From an uncultured virus (IMG/VR IMGVR_UViG_2897109615_000002) (lineage: Duplodnaviria; Heunggongvirae; Uroviricota; Caudoviricetes), in the IMG/VR virus record IMGVR_UViG_2897109615_000002, positions 1-64,000 of that record: DNA of 64,000 bases, one strand, 5' to 3'. Below are positions 52,373 through 62,240 of this stretch, in pieces. The notes below the pieces were generated by a model. The model saw only the letters and a list, made by a program, of their open reading frames with translations, did not search any database and was not told where the DNA came from. Every line of letters begins with the position of its first letter. Position 1 is the first letter of the stretch. Position numbers and translations under genes: made by a program.

Positions 52373-52597
52373 TTATATTTTATTTTTATTCTTAAAATAA
52401 CCGTGCTGATTTACAACATCTCGAAGTATGTATTGTATTTCCTCTAAATTGTCTTTAACGAAATCTAGATCTCCAATTGCCATTCTGATTTCATTATTCT
52501 CTATGCTGCGTAAAGACCTTTCACATGATACTAAGAGCTTTGTATATTTCCTTAAAACCATAGTTCTTATTTGATCGTTAATTGGTTCATTAATCAA
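52373..52597 (-). CDS. hypothetical protein
   Basis: 74 aa; first gene after a promoter. Confidence 0.6.
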   Translation of the reverse strand: MINEPINDQIRTMVLRKYTKLLVSCERSLRSIENNEIRMAIGDLDFVKDNLEEIQYILRDVVNQHGYFKNKNKI

Positions 52598-52705
52598 TAA
52601 TTAAAGCTATCTCCTTTCCTGATTCTAATTTGATTATATAACCTCAACCATATGTTGTAAATACTTATTTTATTTTTACTCTAAATAATTTTAAAAAGAT
52701 CAGCT

Positions 52706-52951
52706 TTACTCATACTGTAAAGCTGCTGTCTTCATAAACGTCTTCATGCCGTCCAGTTTCCAAAGAGTTTCATTTATTTTATCTCTAAATTCTAAAACTG
52801 AAGCATGATCCATTCTAATCCTCAAACAATCCCCATTGTTTTTAAAGATAATGTCTATGTAGTACTCTCCACTTTGTATGTTCTTAGAACCAACACTCAT
52901 GGAAACTGATCTCATAATGTCTTTCAAGTCAATTTCAAGATTAAAATCCAT
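52706..52951 (-). CDS. hypothetical protein
   Basis: 81 aa with RBS. Confidence 0.6.
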   Translation of the reverse strand: MDFNLEIDLKDIMRSVSMSVGSKNIQSGEYYIDIIFKNNGDCLRIRMDHASVLEFRDKINETLWKLDGMKTFMKTAALQYE

Positions 52952-53025
52952 TGTATGCTCCAGTCTGACTAAAAAGTCACCAATTTTTTATGTCTCATGA
53001 TGACTGACAAGATGTGTATGTGAGT

Positions 53026-53325
53026 TTATTTTATTGATAACAGTTGAGAAGATTTATAGCCTTCATTTTCAAACGAATCGTCTATTTCTTCGGCATAAGA
53101 GGTTGTTATTTCAGCATCCTCTGTACACATGATGTCTACATCAAATAGTGCCTCATATTTTTCTTGATCTTTTTGAAGAAACCCCATTTTCCCTGTTTTA
53201 TTTCTTAATTTCTTTTTAATTGATTGATATGCGAACAAAAGTGCTTCCTCTTCATTCTTGGCTTTTATTCTGCCGAAAAAAGGAATGCACAGCTCCCCTT
53301 GAATGAAATAATCCTTTTCTGACAT
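53026..53325 (-). CDS. hypothetical protein
   Basis: 99 aa with RBS. Confidence 0.6.
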   Translation of the reverse strand: MSEKDYFIQGELCIPFFGRIKAKNEEEALLFAYQSIKKKLRNKTGKMGFLQKDQEKYEALFDVDIMCTEDAEITTSYAEEIDDSFENEGYKSSQLLSIK

Positions 53326-53354
53326 ACGTTTCCCTCTCTCTGGTAGTAATTAAC

Positions 53355-53368
53355 CGAACTTACGTTCC
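53355..53368. promoter_or_regulatory. LexA (SOS) box
   Basis: CGAACTTACGTTCC matches GAAC-N4-GTTC in a divergent intergenic region. Confidence 0.65.
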
Positions 53369-53489
53369 CTTTTTGTTAACTTAATTATAACCTTTTACCT
53401 AGTTAGTGGCAAATCTTTTTTCTTTCATTTAAAAACTTGGAAAGAATTGATATAGTATGATAAGCAATACTATAACAGGAGGTTGTCCG

Positions 53490-53711
53490 ATGCTTGAGGT
53501 TGAAATCGGACAATGTTTGTTATCCATTCTCCTTGAAAGTAAAGGAATGTCTTTAGGAGAACTTTCAAGGCGAACAGGCATCAGTAAGCAAAGATTAAGT
53601 GACTACGCAAACGGCGTTAGACCTTCTATGAATGTAAAAACAGCAAAAATCATTGCTATTGCCCTTAACTGTTCGATTGAAGAGCTCTATGAATGGAAAA
53701 TCAAACATTGA
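53490..53711 (+). CDS. yopS: XRE-family HTH regulator
   Basis: MSLGELSRRTGISKQRLSDY HTH; GGAGG RBS. Confidence 0.85.
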   Translation: MLEVEIGQCLLSILLESKGMSLGELSRRTGISKQRLSDYANGVRPSMNVKTAKIIAIALNCSIEELYEWKIKH

Positions 53712-53931
53712 CTTAATCGCTAGGGAGTTTGGCCTAGCGAATCTCCTTGTACCCTTTTCAGGGTATAGAACTATTTTACTGCATATGTATGAATTTGTCT
53801 CTGTCTAACTTTGTCGAATTCTGAAAAATATGAATAAAATCCTGATATTTGTTTAAAAATACCACGAGTTAATTCACATTGTTTTTATTTTTACTCTAAA
53901 AGTTATGTAAAGTTAATCCCTATAACAGGGA

Positions 53932-54915
53932 TTAAGAATTAGTCTCAATTACTTCAGACTTGATACAATATTTTTCTAAGTTCTCCATATTCACCACTTT
54001 CCTCAGTGATTGTGAATTAAACTCCGCCTCTTCATTCAGGAACCCATATTGTCGAGTTATTTTTTTATAATCAGGTACTTTTAATTCACCCTTCTCTTTG
54101 TATATCTCGTACGCCATGTTGAGCTTTCCTGAGTTGATAAGATTCTTAGGTGAAAAGAAAGGTTCTTCTAAAAATTTTTGAAACTGACTAAAAGAACGGT
54201 GAACTAAAAATTTGTCTGCTTTCATACTCTGATTAGAACTCTTATATTTTAGCCTAAAAATATTGTCGCTTTTAACTAATGTAGCAAATTTGTTTTTAAG
54301 TCCACTCTCTGGCGAACCATTGCTAAGATGATATGTTGTTTGATCATTAGCACGCTTAAGCAACTCATAACATTTATCGCTTACAGTAATTATTCTTACA
54401 CCATGTTTATCATCTACCAGCTTTACCTTGTTATCATCAAGTAAATCGTCACCTGTTAAATTCAGTAACTCTGAATGCTGATAACCATCTATGCCTTCAT
54501 AAATAGCCTGTATCATGGCCTTATCCTGATAATTAACCATAAAATCAACATACTCTTCTACTTCTTTATTAGTGAATAGTGTTTTTTTGTTTTTGTCTAT
54601 AAACTGCTTTAAGTCACCATCCTGTATCTGATACACTTTGTTAATATTACTGTTTGCCAAGCCATTTTCCATTGCCCAGGTTGTGTATTGTCCAATTACA
54701 GCTCTTACTCCTCTTAGTGAATCTATAGATTTGCTATCTAAATCTAAAAATAATGTACGCAGCTCTTCCAAAGAAAAATTAAATATGTCTTTTTTAAGTA
54801 TGTTTTCTGTAGCTGAAAAATCTTTTAGCCTCAGACGATAAAGGTTTCTTGTTACTTCACTTTCGTATTTCTCTAAAAACTTTTCCTTTAATTCAGCATT
54901 ATACATTTCACTCAT
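53932..54915 (-). CDS. mrpR: master repressor MrpR, catalytically degenerate tyrosine-recombinase fold
   Basis: YopR-like sequence lacking the R and HxxR catalytic motifs; last gene of the operon. Confidence 0.85.
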   Translation of the reverse strand: MSEMYNAELKEKFLEKYESEVTRNLYRLRLKDFSATENILKKDIFNFSLEELRTLFLDLDSKSIDSLRGVRAVIGQYTTWAMENGLANSNINKVYQIQDGDLKQFIDKNKKTLFTNKEVEEYVDFMVNYQDKAMIQAIYEGIDGYQHSELLNLTGDDLLDDNKVKLVDDKHGVRIITVSDKCYELLKRANDQTTYHLSNGSPESGLKNKFATLVKSDNIFRLKYKSSNQSMKADKFLVHRSFSQFQKFLEEPFFSPKNLINSGKLNMAYEIYKEKGELKVPDYKKITRQYGFLNEEAEFNSQSLRKVVNMENLEKYCIKSEVIETNS

Positions 54916-54935
54916 ATTAAATTCTCCTTTAAGCT

Positions 54936-56285
54936 TTAAACAACAGCAATTTCATCATAGAATATTCTCTTTAGTTTCTTCTTCATAGCAGTCTTCAATT
55001 GATTTTCATTATTTCGTCTTCCTAATTCTTCAAACACTCTTCCGCTCTTACTAAAGTCAATTGTATTAAGGATACTTTCAAGCTTGTTTAGTTCCACATT
55101 GTTTTCCTTCATCTTCTTGGCCAAGTAAACATAACCGTAAAACATTACGTTATGATTAATGTATGATTGCTTTCTAATGGACGATAAATCATCTTCAAGA
55201 AATTCATCTGGGAAGGCATAAAAAAGGTTATCAAAAAAGTCGACCAGGTATTTCGCAATTTTCAACGCATCTTTTCGAGATTTCAACTCAAATGCATCGT
55301 CTATAGCTTCGGATAAAGTATAATATGTCACAAGAAAATTGCTTTCAATACCAATTTCACTTTGTGGGCTTATTTTATTTTTAAGTTCACTTTTAAACTT
55401 CAGCTGCTCAACAATGGTTGAAGAATGCCGTTTTTGTCCCAATTCTTCAATTCTGGATTTTTCAACTGGGTTAATTGTATTCATTTGAGCAAAGTGAACC
55501 TTAGCCTTTTCTTCATCGTAATTGAGCACATTTAAAATAAATGGTTGATCTAATTCAGGGACTTCAGCAATGGCCTTAACAATACCTGAAATTCGATGAT
55601 ATCCATCAAGAGCATCTAATAAGGTTCCTCGTGTTACAGTGAGGGATTGGTCGCTTGGATCATATTCAACTTCTTCATCACCATCAGATGTTCCAAGACG
55701 AGCGTTAAAAGTTAACATTGATACAATTAAATCGCCTTTAATAAACAATTCCTTGATCTCATCAACTGATTTAGGGTTTGTTTTAGGTACAGGAATAAGG
55801 CTGCCCTTAATGTATTTTCCTTCACGCTGAGTGTTGTAATTGTACTGCAGGATGGAGCTATTATATAACTCACTCAGTTCTTTGGCAGTAATGGAAGTGA
55901 CATAGTTATCCTCTTTAATTTTAATCACATTTTTAAACTTGTATGGAAGCTTAACTACTTCTTCACCGGCGAATACTCTCCCACCTTCAAGCTCTTTTGC
56001 CAATCTGGTTGGAAAATAATTTGACGGATCTAAAGCTTGCGCCCCAAGAATTGAATACATCTCTTTTGAAACAATGTACACTTCTTTTTCGTTTAAACGT
56101 TGTACGTTGTTATCATTATTATTTAAAATTTCTTGGATATAACCAGGGAGTGCCTTGTATTTGTCCGCCATTGTGGCTTTTAATTCCTTCACCATATTGG
56201 GATCATTTTTAATATCAATAAGATTTTCCTCTATTTCAGTTTTTAACTTATAAAGTTTATCCGTTGTCAACAAAACTTCAGACAC
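54936..56285 (-). CDS. yopQ: DndB/ParB-like protein of the repression operon
   Basis: YN.NTQR and LDGYHR motifs. Confidence 0.8.
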   Translation of the reverse strand: MSEVLLTTDKLYKLKTEIEENLIDIKNDPNMVKELKATMADKYKALPGYIQEILNNNDNNVQRLNEKEVYIVSKEMYSILGAQALDPSNYFPTRLAKELEGGRVFAGEEVVKLPYKFKNVIKIKEDNYVTSITAKELSELYNSSILQYNYNTQREGKYIKGSLIPVPKTNPKSVDEIKELFIKGDLIVSMLTFNARLGTSDGDEEVEYDPSDQSLTVTRGTLLDALDGYHRISGIVKAIAEVPELDQPFILNVLNYDEEKAKVHFAQMNTINPVEKSRIEELGQKRHSSTIVEQLKFKSELKNKISPQSEIGIESNFLVTYYTLSEAIDDAFELKSRKDALKIAKYLVDFFDNLFYAFPDEFLEDDLSSIRKQSYINHNVMFYGYVYLAKKMKENNVELNKLESILNTIDFSKSGRVFEELGRRNNENQLKTAMKKKLKRIFYDEIAVV

Positions 56286-56361
56286 ATTATCACCTCACAT
56301 AATCATATTAAATTTATCATTATTTTCATAAGCAAGTAAAGCTTTTATATGATTATTTGTA

Positions 56362-57420
56362 TCACTTGTTCAAAAACATTTTAAGTTTATTCTGTATATA
56401 CATGTCTGACTTTAAAAAGAATTCTTTATATTGCTCTAAGGTAACATCATCTAAAAAGGGCATGTCTTCTTTTTGATCAACCAAAACCCCTGGATCTTGA
56501 GAATAATCCCTTTCATTGACTAAATAATGGTCATTTAAAGTATTGATATTGCTGTGGCCAGAGAACGCTGCCACTTTTTTAATATCACCATTAACGCTGT
56601 AAGAAAAGTTTGTTGCAGTATTGCGTAAACTATGCGGAGTTATCTTTCTTTCTTTTGGAATGCCCATAACTCTACATACACGATTCCACATATCCTGTAT
56701 TGAATCAACTGTTAACTTATGAAATAACAGCTCATGTTCCCCATACTCTTGCTTTAACAGCAACAACTCTTCATAGAAAGCCGTGGAAATTCCAACTGGC
56801 CTAGCCTTTTTCTGCTTAGTCTTTTTAAAGTTGACGAGATAACATTGGTGCTTTTCTGAATAAGTAATATCATCCCACCCAACTCTAAGCACCTCTGATT
56901 TACGCCCTCCAGTGCGTGCACTAAACAAAATAAACATCTTTTTCATTAATCTATTCTGACGCTCAGTAACATACGCTGCCTCAGCAAATTCATCAGCTTC
57001 AGATATTCCTTCAAAAGAGCCTGCTGGATTCTTTTCTGTTGGAAGAGGTCTAAAATTAAATACAGATGAATCACACTCATGTTCAGATTCAAGATACTTA
57101 ATCATGCTTTTCAGTGCGGCAATCTTATTGTTAATTGTTGAATTGGAGTTACTTTTATTTTTAGCCAAATGGGTTCGATAATCATACAGGTCGCTTTTCT
57201 TGATCGCCAGGTCACTCTCAGTTAAATATTCAATATCCTTGGCAGCATAATGGTTGAAAAACTCTCTTATATGCCTTTCATACGTGGCTCTAGTATTAGA
57301 CTTTTCAATTTCTCCAGTTTCTCGATCCCTGTTTCTTAAATCTAATTCATCAAACCACCTATTTATGTTATTGTATATTGAATAATCCCTTAGTGTTGAC
57401 GCTTTCTTTTGAGCTCCCAT
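56362..57420 (-). CDS. yopP: tyrosine recombinase-family protein
   Basis: TGGRKSE, KTKQK, HSLR, GH and DHY catalytic set. Confidence 0.88.
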   Translation of the reverse strand: MGAQKKASTLRDYSIYNNINRWFDELDLRNRDRETGEIEKSNTRATYERHIREFFNHYAAKDIEYLTESDLAIKKSDLYDYRTHLAKNKSNSNSTINNKIAALKSMIKYLESEHECDSSVFNFRPLPTEKNPAGSFEGISEADEFAEAAYVTERQNRLMKKMFILFSARTGGRKSEVLRVGWDDITYSEKHQCYLVNFKKTKQKKARPVGISTAFYEELLLLKQEYGEHELLFHKLTVDSIQDMWNRVCRVMGIPKERKITPHSLRNTATNFSYSVNGDIKKVAAFSGHSNINTLNDHYLVNERDYSQDPGVLVDQKEDMPFLDDVTLEQYKEFFLKSDMYIQNKLKMFLNK

Positions 57421-57429
57421 AATGACACC

Positions 57430-57594
57430 TCATATCATTTTTTTCATTAAGTATTGATCAAATTCTTGCCATGCAACAATCCATTCATTTTCACCTTGAA
57501 TATTACTCAGTAGCATTATATTGGCGTTACAGATTTCCATTTGCTTTAGCATGTCGTATTCTTTAAGAGCGTTAATTAAGATGTCTGTATTCAT
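57430..57594 (-). CDS. 54-aa hypothetical protein of the repression operon
   Basis: MNTDILINALKEYDMLKQ...; AGGTG RBS. Confidence 0.6.
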   Translation of the reverse strand: MNTDILINALKEYDMLKQMEICNANIMLLSNIQGENEWIVAWQEFDQYLMKKMI

Positions 57595-57632
57595 TTTATC
57601 ACACCTAATTTATTTTTATTCTATAATAAAAT

Positions 57633-57863
57633 TTAGTTTAGGACATTTACCCTTTCGTCCTTACAGACGTTTATAATTGGCATCCCCGTTAATTCCTCAT
57701 AAAGCTCCTCTTCGAATCCAACCCATTCATCACTTGTCGCTTCTCTTCGTAGGAACTCATTATAAGCTACTGCTATCTCAGGCTGCTCTAAAAACTTTAA
57801 AACGATCATATGCTTTTTCCAAACTTTAGCCTTGTTTTCTTCTGTATAATATTTATTATTCAT
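57633..57863 (-). CDS. phi3T_93-like lysogeny factor (MazE/AimX binder)
   Basis: MNNKYYTEENKAKVWKKHMIVLKFLEQP resembles the recalled phi3T_93 sequence; position matches. Confidence 0.7.
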   Translation of the reverse strand: MNNKYYTEENKAKVWKKHMIVLKFLEQPEIAVAYNEFLRREATSDEWVGFEEELYEELTGMPIINVCKDERVNVLN

Positions 57864-57877
57864 TTTATTTTTACTCC

Positions 57878-58090
57878 TTAAATACATTTTATTGAATTCT
57901 TTTGTTCTTTAATGAGGTTATATTCTTTATGATTTTTTCTCATTGTAGTTACATTATTAGGTGTAAACACATCTGGATCCTCTAGGTGGAGATTGACTCG
58001 TGTGAAGTTCTTTAGTTGTTTTATGTATTGATATTGTCTTAATGATGTAATCTTCAACTCTTCCTTTTGAGTGGCACTGGTTGTTTCCAT
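57878..58090 (-). CDS. first gene of the repression operon
   Basis: Start METTSAT after GGGAG; promoter with the repeated element upstream. Confidence 0.6.
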   Translation of the reverse strand: METTSATQKEELKITSLRQYQYIKQLKNFTRVNLHLEDPDVFTPNNVTTMRKNHKEYNLIKEQKNSIKCI

Positions 58091-58239
58091 TGTTTCATCT
58101 CCCAACAACGTTCATCTTGTAACTTCATTATATATGTTGCTAGAATAATATGCAACAATTTATTTTATTTTTATTCAAGACAAATAACACATCCCCTATG
58201 TATGTGTTAAAATGTCTGCTGATTTGTCTTTAATCCTCA

Positions 58240-58395
58240 TTAGGATACCTTTGCTTTATATTTTGATCTAATCATTTCTGCTTCATTTTCAAGATGATTA
58301 TCTTCCTGGGAAATTTCTAAATTAATATCTCCCATTTCCATGTATCCCTTAGCCATTTCCTCATAAGAAAGTGCTTGTCCGAAATGTTTTTTCAT
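58240..58395 (-). CDS. aimX: arbitrium effector AimX (51 aa)
   Basis: MKKHFGQALSYEEMAKGYMEMGDINLEISQEDNHLENEAEMIRSKYKAKVS; downstream of aimP. Confidence 0.88.
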   Translation of the reverse strand: MKKHFGQALSYEEMAKGYMEMGDINLEISQEDNHLENEAEMIRSKYKAKVS

Positions 58396-58455
58396 TTTAA
58401 TTCCCCCATGTTCTTGTTTTTTATATTATGAATTTCTGGAACATTCTCTTAAAAT

Positions 58456-58490
58456 TAGAAAAGACGCCTGATCCAGTGGATCAAACGTCT
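58456..58490 (-). terminator. terminator between aimP and aimX
   Basis: agacgtttgatcca-c-tggatcaggcgtct followed by a U tract on the - strand. Confidence 0.75.
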
Positions 58491-58516
58491 AGCCAAGTTA
58501 TGTATTATCTTTGAAG

Positions 58517-58657
58517 TTAAGCCCCACGGCTTGGTGATGCAACTTTTACAGGCTGGTCTACATGGTCTACCGATGCTGTCTCAATTGATTGCTGTCCGGC
58601 AACAAAACCAACAGCCATTGCTAACAAGATTACTATTCCAAGAATAATATTTTTCAA
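58517..58657 (-). CDS. aimP: arbitrium pro-peptide AimP, mature hexapeptide SPSRGA
   Basis: MKNIILGIVILLAMAVGFVAGQQSIETASVDHVDQPVKVASPSRGA; signal peptide and RGA C-terminus. Confidence 0.93.
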   Translation of the reverse strand: MKNIILGIVILLAMAVGFVAGQQSIETASVDHVDQPVKVASPSRGA

Positions 58658-58678
58658 TTAATTCACCCCCCTTCAATT

Positions 58679-59827
58679 TTAGACCATGATTAATTCAAGT
58701 AGTTTTTCGTCACAGCCCATTTTCCTTAGCTCCGCTAATGGAAGATTGATAAATAATTTATCACCAGATTTTTTCAACTTTGCAGTGCTTTCATAAAAAT
58801 AATTCTTATTTTGGTATAGAATCCCCTTAATGTAATCTAGAATCCCAGAATCATATTCGTACAATTCCATATTCTCAAGCTCATTTATTACTTTCTCTGC
58901 TTTATTAAATTCCTTATTATTAGTATAGTAATATGCTACCTCAATCTTATCAGGGATATTATCAGTGTCGAAGTCAAGCCATTTATTATCCTTATTCCAT
59001 AGGTTGCTTAAAAAGCAAAGAGCTAATCGCAGCTTATATTTATGATGTTCATTATCACGAGCAAATTCCAATCCTTTAAGATACTGCTCTTTGGCTTTAG
59101 AGTAGCTTTCAAAAATTAATGTGTTCCCATATGTTAAATGCCCAAATACTTTTAGGCGATTTATATTTGAATTTTGAATAACTTGTTCTGAATAATACCT
59201 AGATTTTTCAATTTCATTATCATTTAAATAAATATTTGCATTTAATAATGAAATTCTATTCATATAGGAATCTTTCACAAAGCCTTCGGGTAAGTCGTTG
59301 AAATTGAGAAGTGATAATGTGCTTTTCATCAATCCAAATTCGCCTACCTTCAAATACTCATACATCAGCATAGCATTTGAGAAAAATAACATTTCATCTG
59401 TTTTGCACTTTCCTGTTGCTCTTATTGCATCAGTTAAACTTATCTTACTTTCGCTCAATCTTCTATGTATACTGTATGTAATGCCCCATTCTTGACTTGC
59501 TAGGTTTTTTGAGCTAGATAACCTCGACACTATCTTGTCTGTTAACGTATCCCATTGATTAATATCTGAGTATTCAACAGATTGTCTGGCACATTTTTTG
59601 TTGGGATCCAGTGATAAGAAGTAATCACTTAGAAGTTGCTCCTCATTATCAGGAAACAAGCTTTTAACAATATTAATTAAACCGCCTAAGTTGTCCATTT
59701 CTTTCTCTGGGGTGTTGATGAATTTGTAAAAACCATTAACCTTTTCGTACCCTGCTATTTTTGAGAGTTTCGCTGCGAGCTGGTTGTCTTTTTCACATTC
59801 ATTCTTAATCATCTGCTTAAGATTCAT
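58679..59827 (-). CDS. aimR: arbitrium receptor AimR
   Basis: MNLKQMIKNECEKDNQLAAKLSKIAGY N-terminus; TPR-like body; SGDKLFINLP; upstream of aimP. Confidence 0.95.
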   Translation of the reverse strand: MNLKQMIKNECEKDNQLAAKLSKIAGYEKVNGFYKFINTPEKEMDNLGGLINIVKSLFPDNEEQLLSDYFLSLDPNKKCARQSVEYSDINQWDTLTDKIVSRLSSSKNLASQEWGITYSIHRRLSESKISLTDAIRATGKCKTDEMLFFSNAMLMYEYLKVGEFGLMKSTLSLLNFNDLPEGFVKDSYMNRISLLNANIYLNDNEIEKSRYYSEQVIQNSNINRLKVFGHLTYGNTLIFESYSKAKEQYLKGLEFARDNEHHKYKLRLALCFLSNLWNKDNKWLDFDTDNIPDKIEVAYYYTNNKEFNKAEKVINELENMELYEYDSGILDYIKGILYQNKNYFYESTAKLKKSGDKLFINLPLAELRKMGCDEKLLELIMV

Positions 59828-59993
59828 TGGTTACTCCACCCCTTCCCAACTAATGTTCCCTTGTTTATAATATACATTAGAGTTGTCAGAATTACAAGTA
59901 TTTATTTTATTTTTATCCTAATTATTTTTTAAGGAATGCTTATCTGTTTAAAATTCGTATTTTATTTAAAAAAAGGGGGATCGCCCCCGACTT

Positions 59994-61391
59994 TTATTTG
60001 TCCAGAATAATTTTTGCTTGTGAAAATTTTTGGTTTAAATTCCTGTTTTCTTTCATACTATTTAAAATGATTTCTTCATCCAATCCTATCTTTTTCAGGA
60101 TTAAAAATGTTAATAGTCCATTCATTCTTAAGGAGGCGTAATATTTCTCAACTGCTCGATGGAAAACCTTAGTTTTGTTTGTTAGATCATAGTGAGTAAG
60201 ATAGTTTCTAGTCTCAACAAGTCCAAAAATAAAACTGTCCCTTTTTTTATTATTACCCGAAAGGAAGTTTTTTGTATCTGTTGATTGTTGATTAAATAAC
60301 TCCTTTAGTCGCTTCATAAGATTAACTTCATTAATATGCTTTAACTTATTTAAGAAAAATTGCTTATGGTCAACTGAAACATTAGAATTAATAAACTCTC
60401 TTACTTTTTCAGTTTCAAATGTTAGTTCTTGGTTAAATTCTAAGCTGGAGCAATATCTTCTGTGAAATATCTCTAAACACTGAATATTTTTAATGAATTT
60501 GGTTTCCACGAACTCTTTCTGATCTTTACTGTTCATAAATAAACTAACTATTGTACTCAGCTTTTCTCTTTCTTGAAACCAGTTATTTAACAAAGTTTCA
60601 TAATTGTGTCTTACCTTATTATAATCAAACAAGAAATTTGTATTCTTCTGTTTAAGGGCTTCTCTGTGATGTTGAAAGTATTTATATTTCAATTGTTTTT
60701 TATCTTCTGTCACGTTTAATGTGATATTTATATCGTAGTTAATGTTGTTCATTAGAATGTTTATAAGTCTAACCTGATGATTTACATTCTCATGAAACCA
60801 TTTCAAATCTTTCCTTTCTGATGGGATTATATTAAATCCACTAACATGCTCCATAGATACACACTGTCCAGATTTTTGATTCTTAATCTTTACCTCACTA
60901 GTTTCTTGTACTACAAAATCTTTGACTGTAACCTTGTTTATGTTTATTCTCTCATAATGTATTTCATGTTTTTCACCATTAGAGTCAAATATTTGAGTGA
61001 AGGCGCTCAAACCCATCCATTCTGTTAAATTCCCAGTTGAAAACTCAGCAGAGTCAAATTTTTCTGGAAATGCCTCTGTGTAATCTCCTACTAAAAAGCT
61101 CCTAATTTCATAAACTGAAGTGGGTATTCCAGGTGATCTAAAGTTTGATTTTCCTATTGCAAGAACATCAAGTTTATACAATTCGCCATCTACTGATATT
61201 CCATTGATAACTTTTGGAGTGTCACCAATATCAATAAAGTCATTAACTAATGTACCCATTATCTCTAATGTGATTTCTTCTGGTTTATATATTAACGTAC
61301 CTGGAACTTGATTTTCTTTATCTTTATCAATCCACCAATACCCTTGTACAGAAAAAACATCAAAAATATCTTTATTTACTATGTTTTTCAT
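59994..61391 (-). CDS. ApeA-like HEPN protein (candidate anti-phage RNase)
   Basis: N-terminal GYWW...VPGTL; Q.LE.FHR; RNYLTH (RxxxxH) motif; low GC; own terminator at 59975-59988. Confidence 0.8.
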   Translation of the reverse strand: MKNIVNKDIFDVFSVQGYWWIDKDKENQVPGTLIYKPEEITLEIMGTLVNDFIDIGDTPKVINGISVDGELYKLDVLAIGKSNFRSPGIPTSVYEIRSFLVGDYTEAFPEKFDSAEFSTGNLTEWMGLSAFTQIFDSNGEKHEIHYERININKVTVKDFVVQETSEVKIKNQKSGQCVSMEHVSGFNIIPSERKDLKWFHENVNHQVRLINILMNNINYDINITLNVTEDKKQLKYKYFQHHREALKQKNTNFLFDYNKVRHNYETLLNNWFQEREKLSTIVSLFMNSKDQKEFVETKFIKNIQCLEIFHRRYCSSLEFNQELTFETEKVREFINSNVSVDHKQFFLNKLKHINEVNLMKRLKELFNQQSTDTKNFLSGNNKKRDSFIFGLVETRNYLTHYDLTNKTKVFHRAVEKYYASLRMNGLLTFLILKKIGLDEEIILNSMKENRNLNQKFSQAKIILDK

Positions 61392-61557
61392 AACTAAACT
61401 CCTTTTGCAATTAATGATTTTAATAAGGGTTAATACTCAGAAGGGAGCTTGTTTGTTCCTTTTAATCACTCACTTAAGTCGTAAATACAACTTTAATTGT
61501 TTCTCTCTTTCAATTTATTTCTCTTTAACATGATTATTTCATGGCCTTACTCTACAT

Positions 61558-61689
61558 TTAAAGCCGCTTCCATTCAACATACTCAAATCGCTGCTGATAA
61601 AGTTCTTCAAGGATTGCGGCCCATTCAACCCAGCCGTCCGCAACAATGCTTTTCTTCTCTCCATCCTCAATCCATTCAATCCAGTACAC
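61558..61689 (-). CDS. yopG: 43-aa Trp-rich protein
   Basis: MYWIEWIEDGEKKSIVADGWVEWAAILEELYQQRFEYVEWKRL. Confidence 0.7.
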   Translation of the reverse strand: MYWIEWIEDGEKKSIVADGWVEWAAILEELYQQRFEYVEWKRL

Positions 61690-61700
61690 CTGAACACCCC

Positions 61701-61916
61701 TTACCGAGTAATAACTTCAATCTGTCTTATAGCAGAAGTGACTTTAAACTCTGTATGTAGCTCGTTTGAGATCACTAAAGCTTCTGACATTGTAGTAAAC
61801 TTAGAAGCGCCATGAAGCCCCTTAGATGACTTATAACCACTACCATCCAACTTAAATGACCTGAAGTAATCATTATTTTCAAATTGAATGACAAAAAAGT
61901 TATCGATTACCGGCAT
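61701..61916 (-). CDS. yopF: hypothetical protein
   Basis: 71 aa; synteny. Confidence 0.65.
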   Translation of the reverse strand: MPVIDNFFVIQFENNDYFRSFKLDGSGYKSSKGLHGASKFTTMSEALVISNELHTEFKVTSAIRQIEVITR

Positions 61917-61918
61917 GA

Positions 61919-62170
61919 TTATCCCCTCTTCAGCAGCCCAACAATTTTTATCCCTAATGGCAGAAATCCAATTAGTATATAAAACACCATGATATTTATT
62001 TTATTCTTAAAGAACAATTCAATCATGTTTTGCTCCATTCCTGGTGAAAAGGAATTAATAAGCTCCTGTTTAAAATCCTCATCGTAAACTTGATCAACGA
62101 ATAAGGCTTTAAATCCCGTCAGGAAGCCAACACCAAGCCAGAGTATTAAGAAATACGAAAATCCAATCAT
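61919..62170 (-). CDS. yopE: two-TM membrane protein
   Basis: Start MIGFSYF after AGGAGG; 83 aa. Confidence 0.65.
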   Translation of the reverse strand: MIGFSYFLILWLGVGFLTGFKALFVDQVYDEDFKQELINSFSPGMEQNMIELFFKNKINIMVFYILIGFLPLGIKIVGLLKRG

Positions 62171-62240
62171 AAAACCCTCCTCCTTATATACATCGTCTGG
62201 TATTATAGTAGAGTTAAATATCCTATGTAGGTGAATTTGT

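Larger units (their letters stand above)
1052..59919 (-). repeat. dispersed oriented motif AGARTAAAAATAAAA (probable SPBRE/MrpR operator), ~21 exact or near copies
   Basis: Near 1052, 8078, 8167, 11093, 18704, 20768, 21029, 24651, 24993, 34946, 35909, 36347, 42631, 46612, 52378, 52668, 53883, 57609, 57863, 58163 and 59905. Confidence 0.8.

Noticed and set aside
56362..57420. YopP as the prophage integrase marking an att boundary
   Set aside because: It is internal to the repression operon, with phage genes on both sides
61497..61760. + strand 87-aa ORF and CCATTCAA repeats resembling a mini-array
   Set aside because: The repeats are the antisense of the (V/I)EW codons in yopG; not CRISPR
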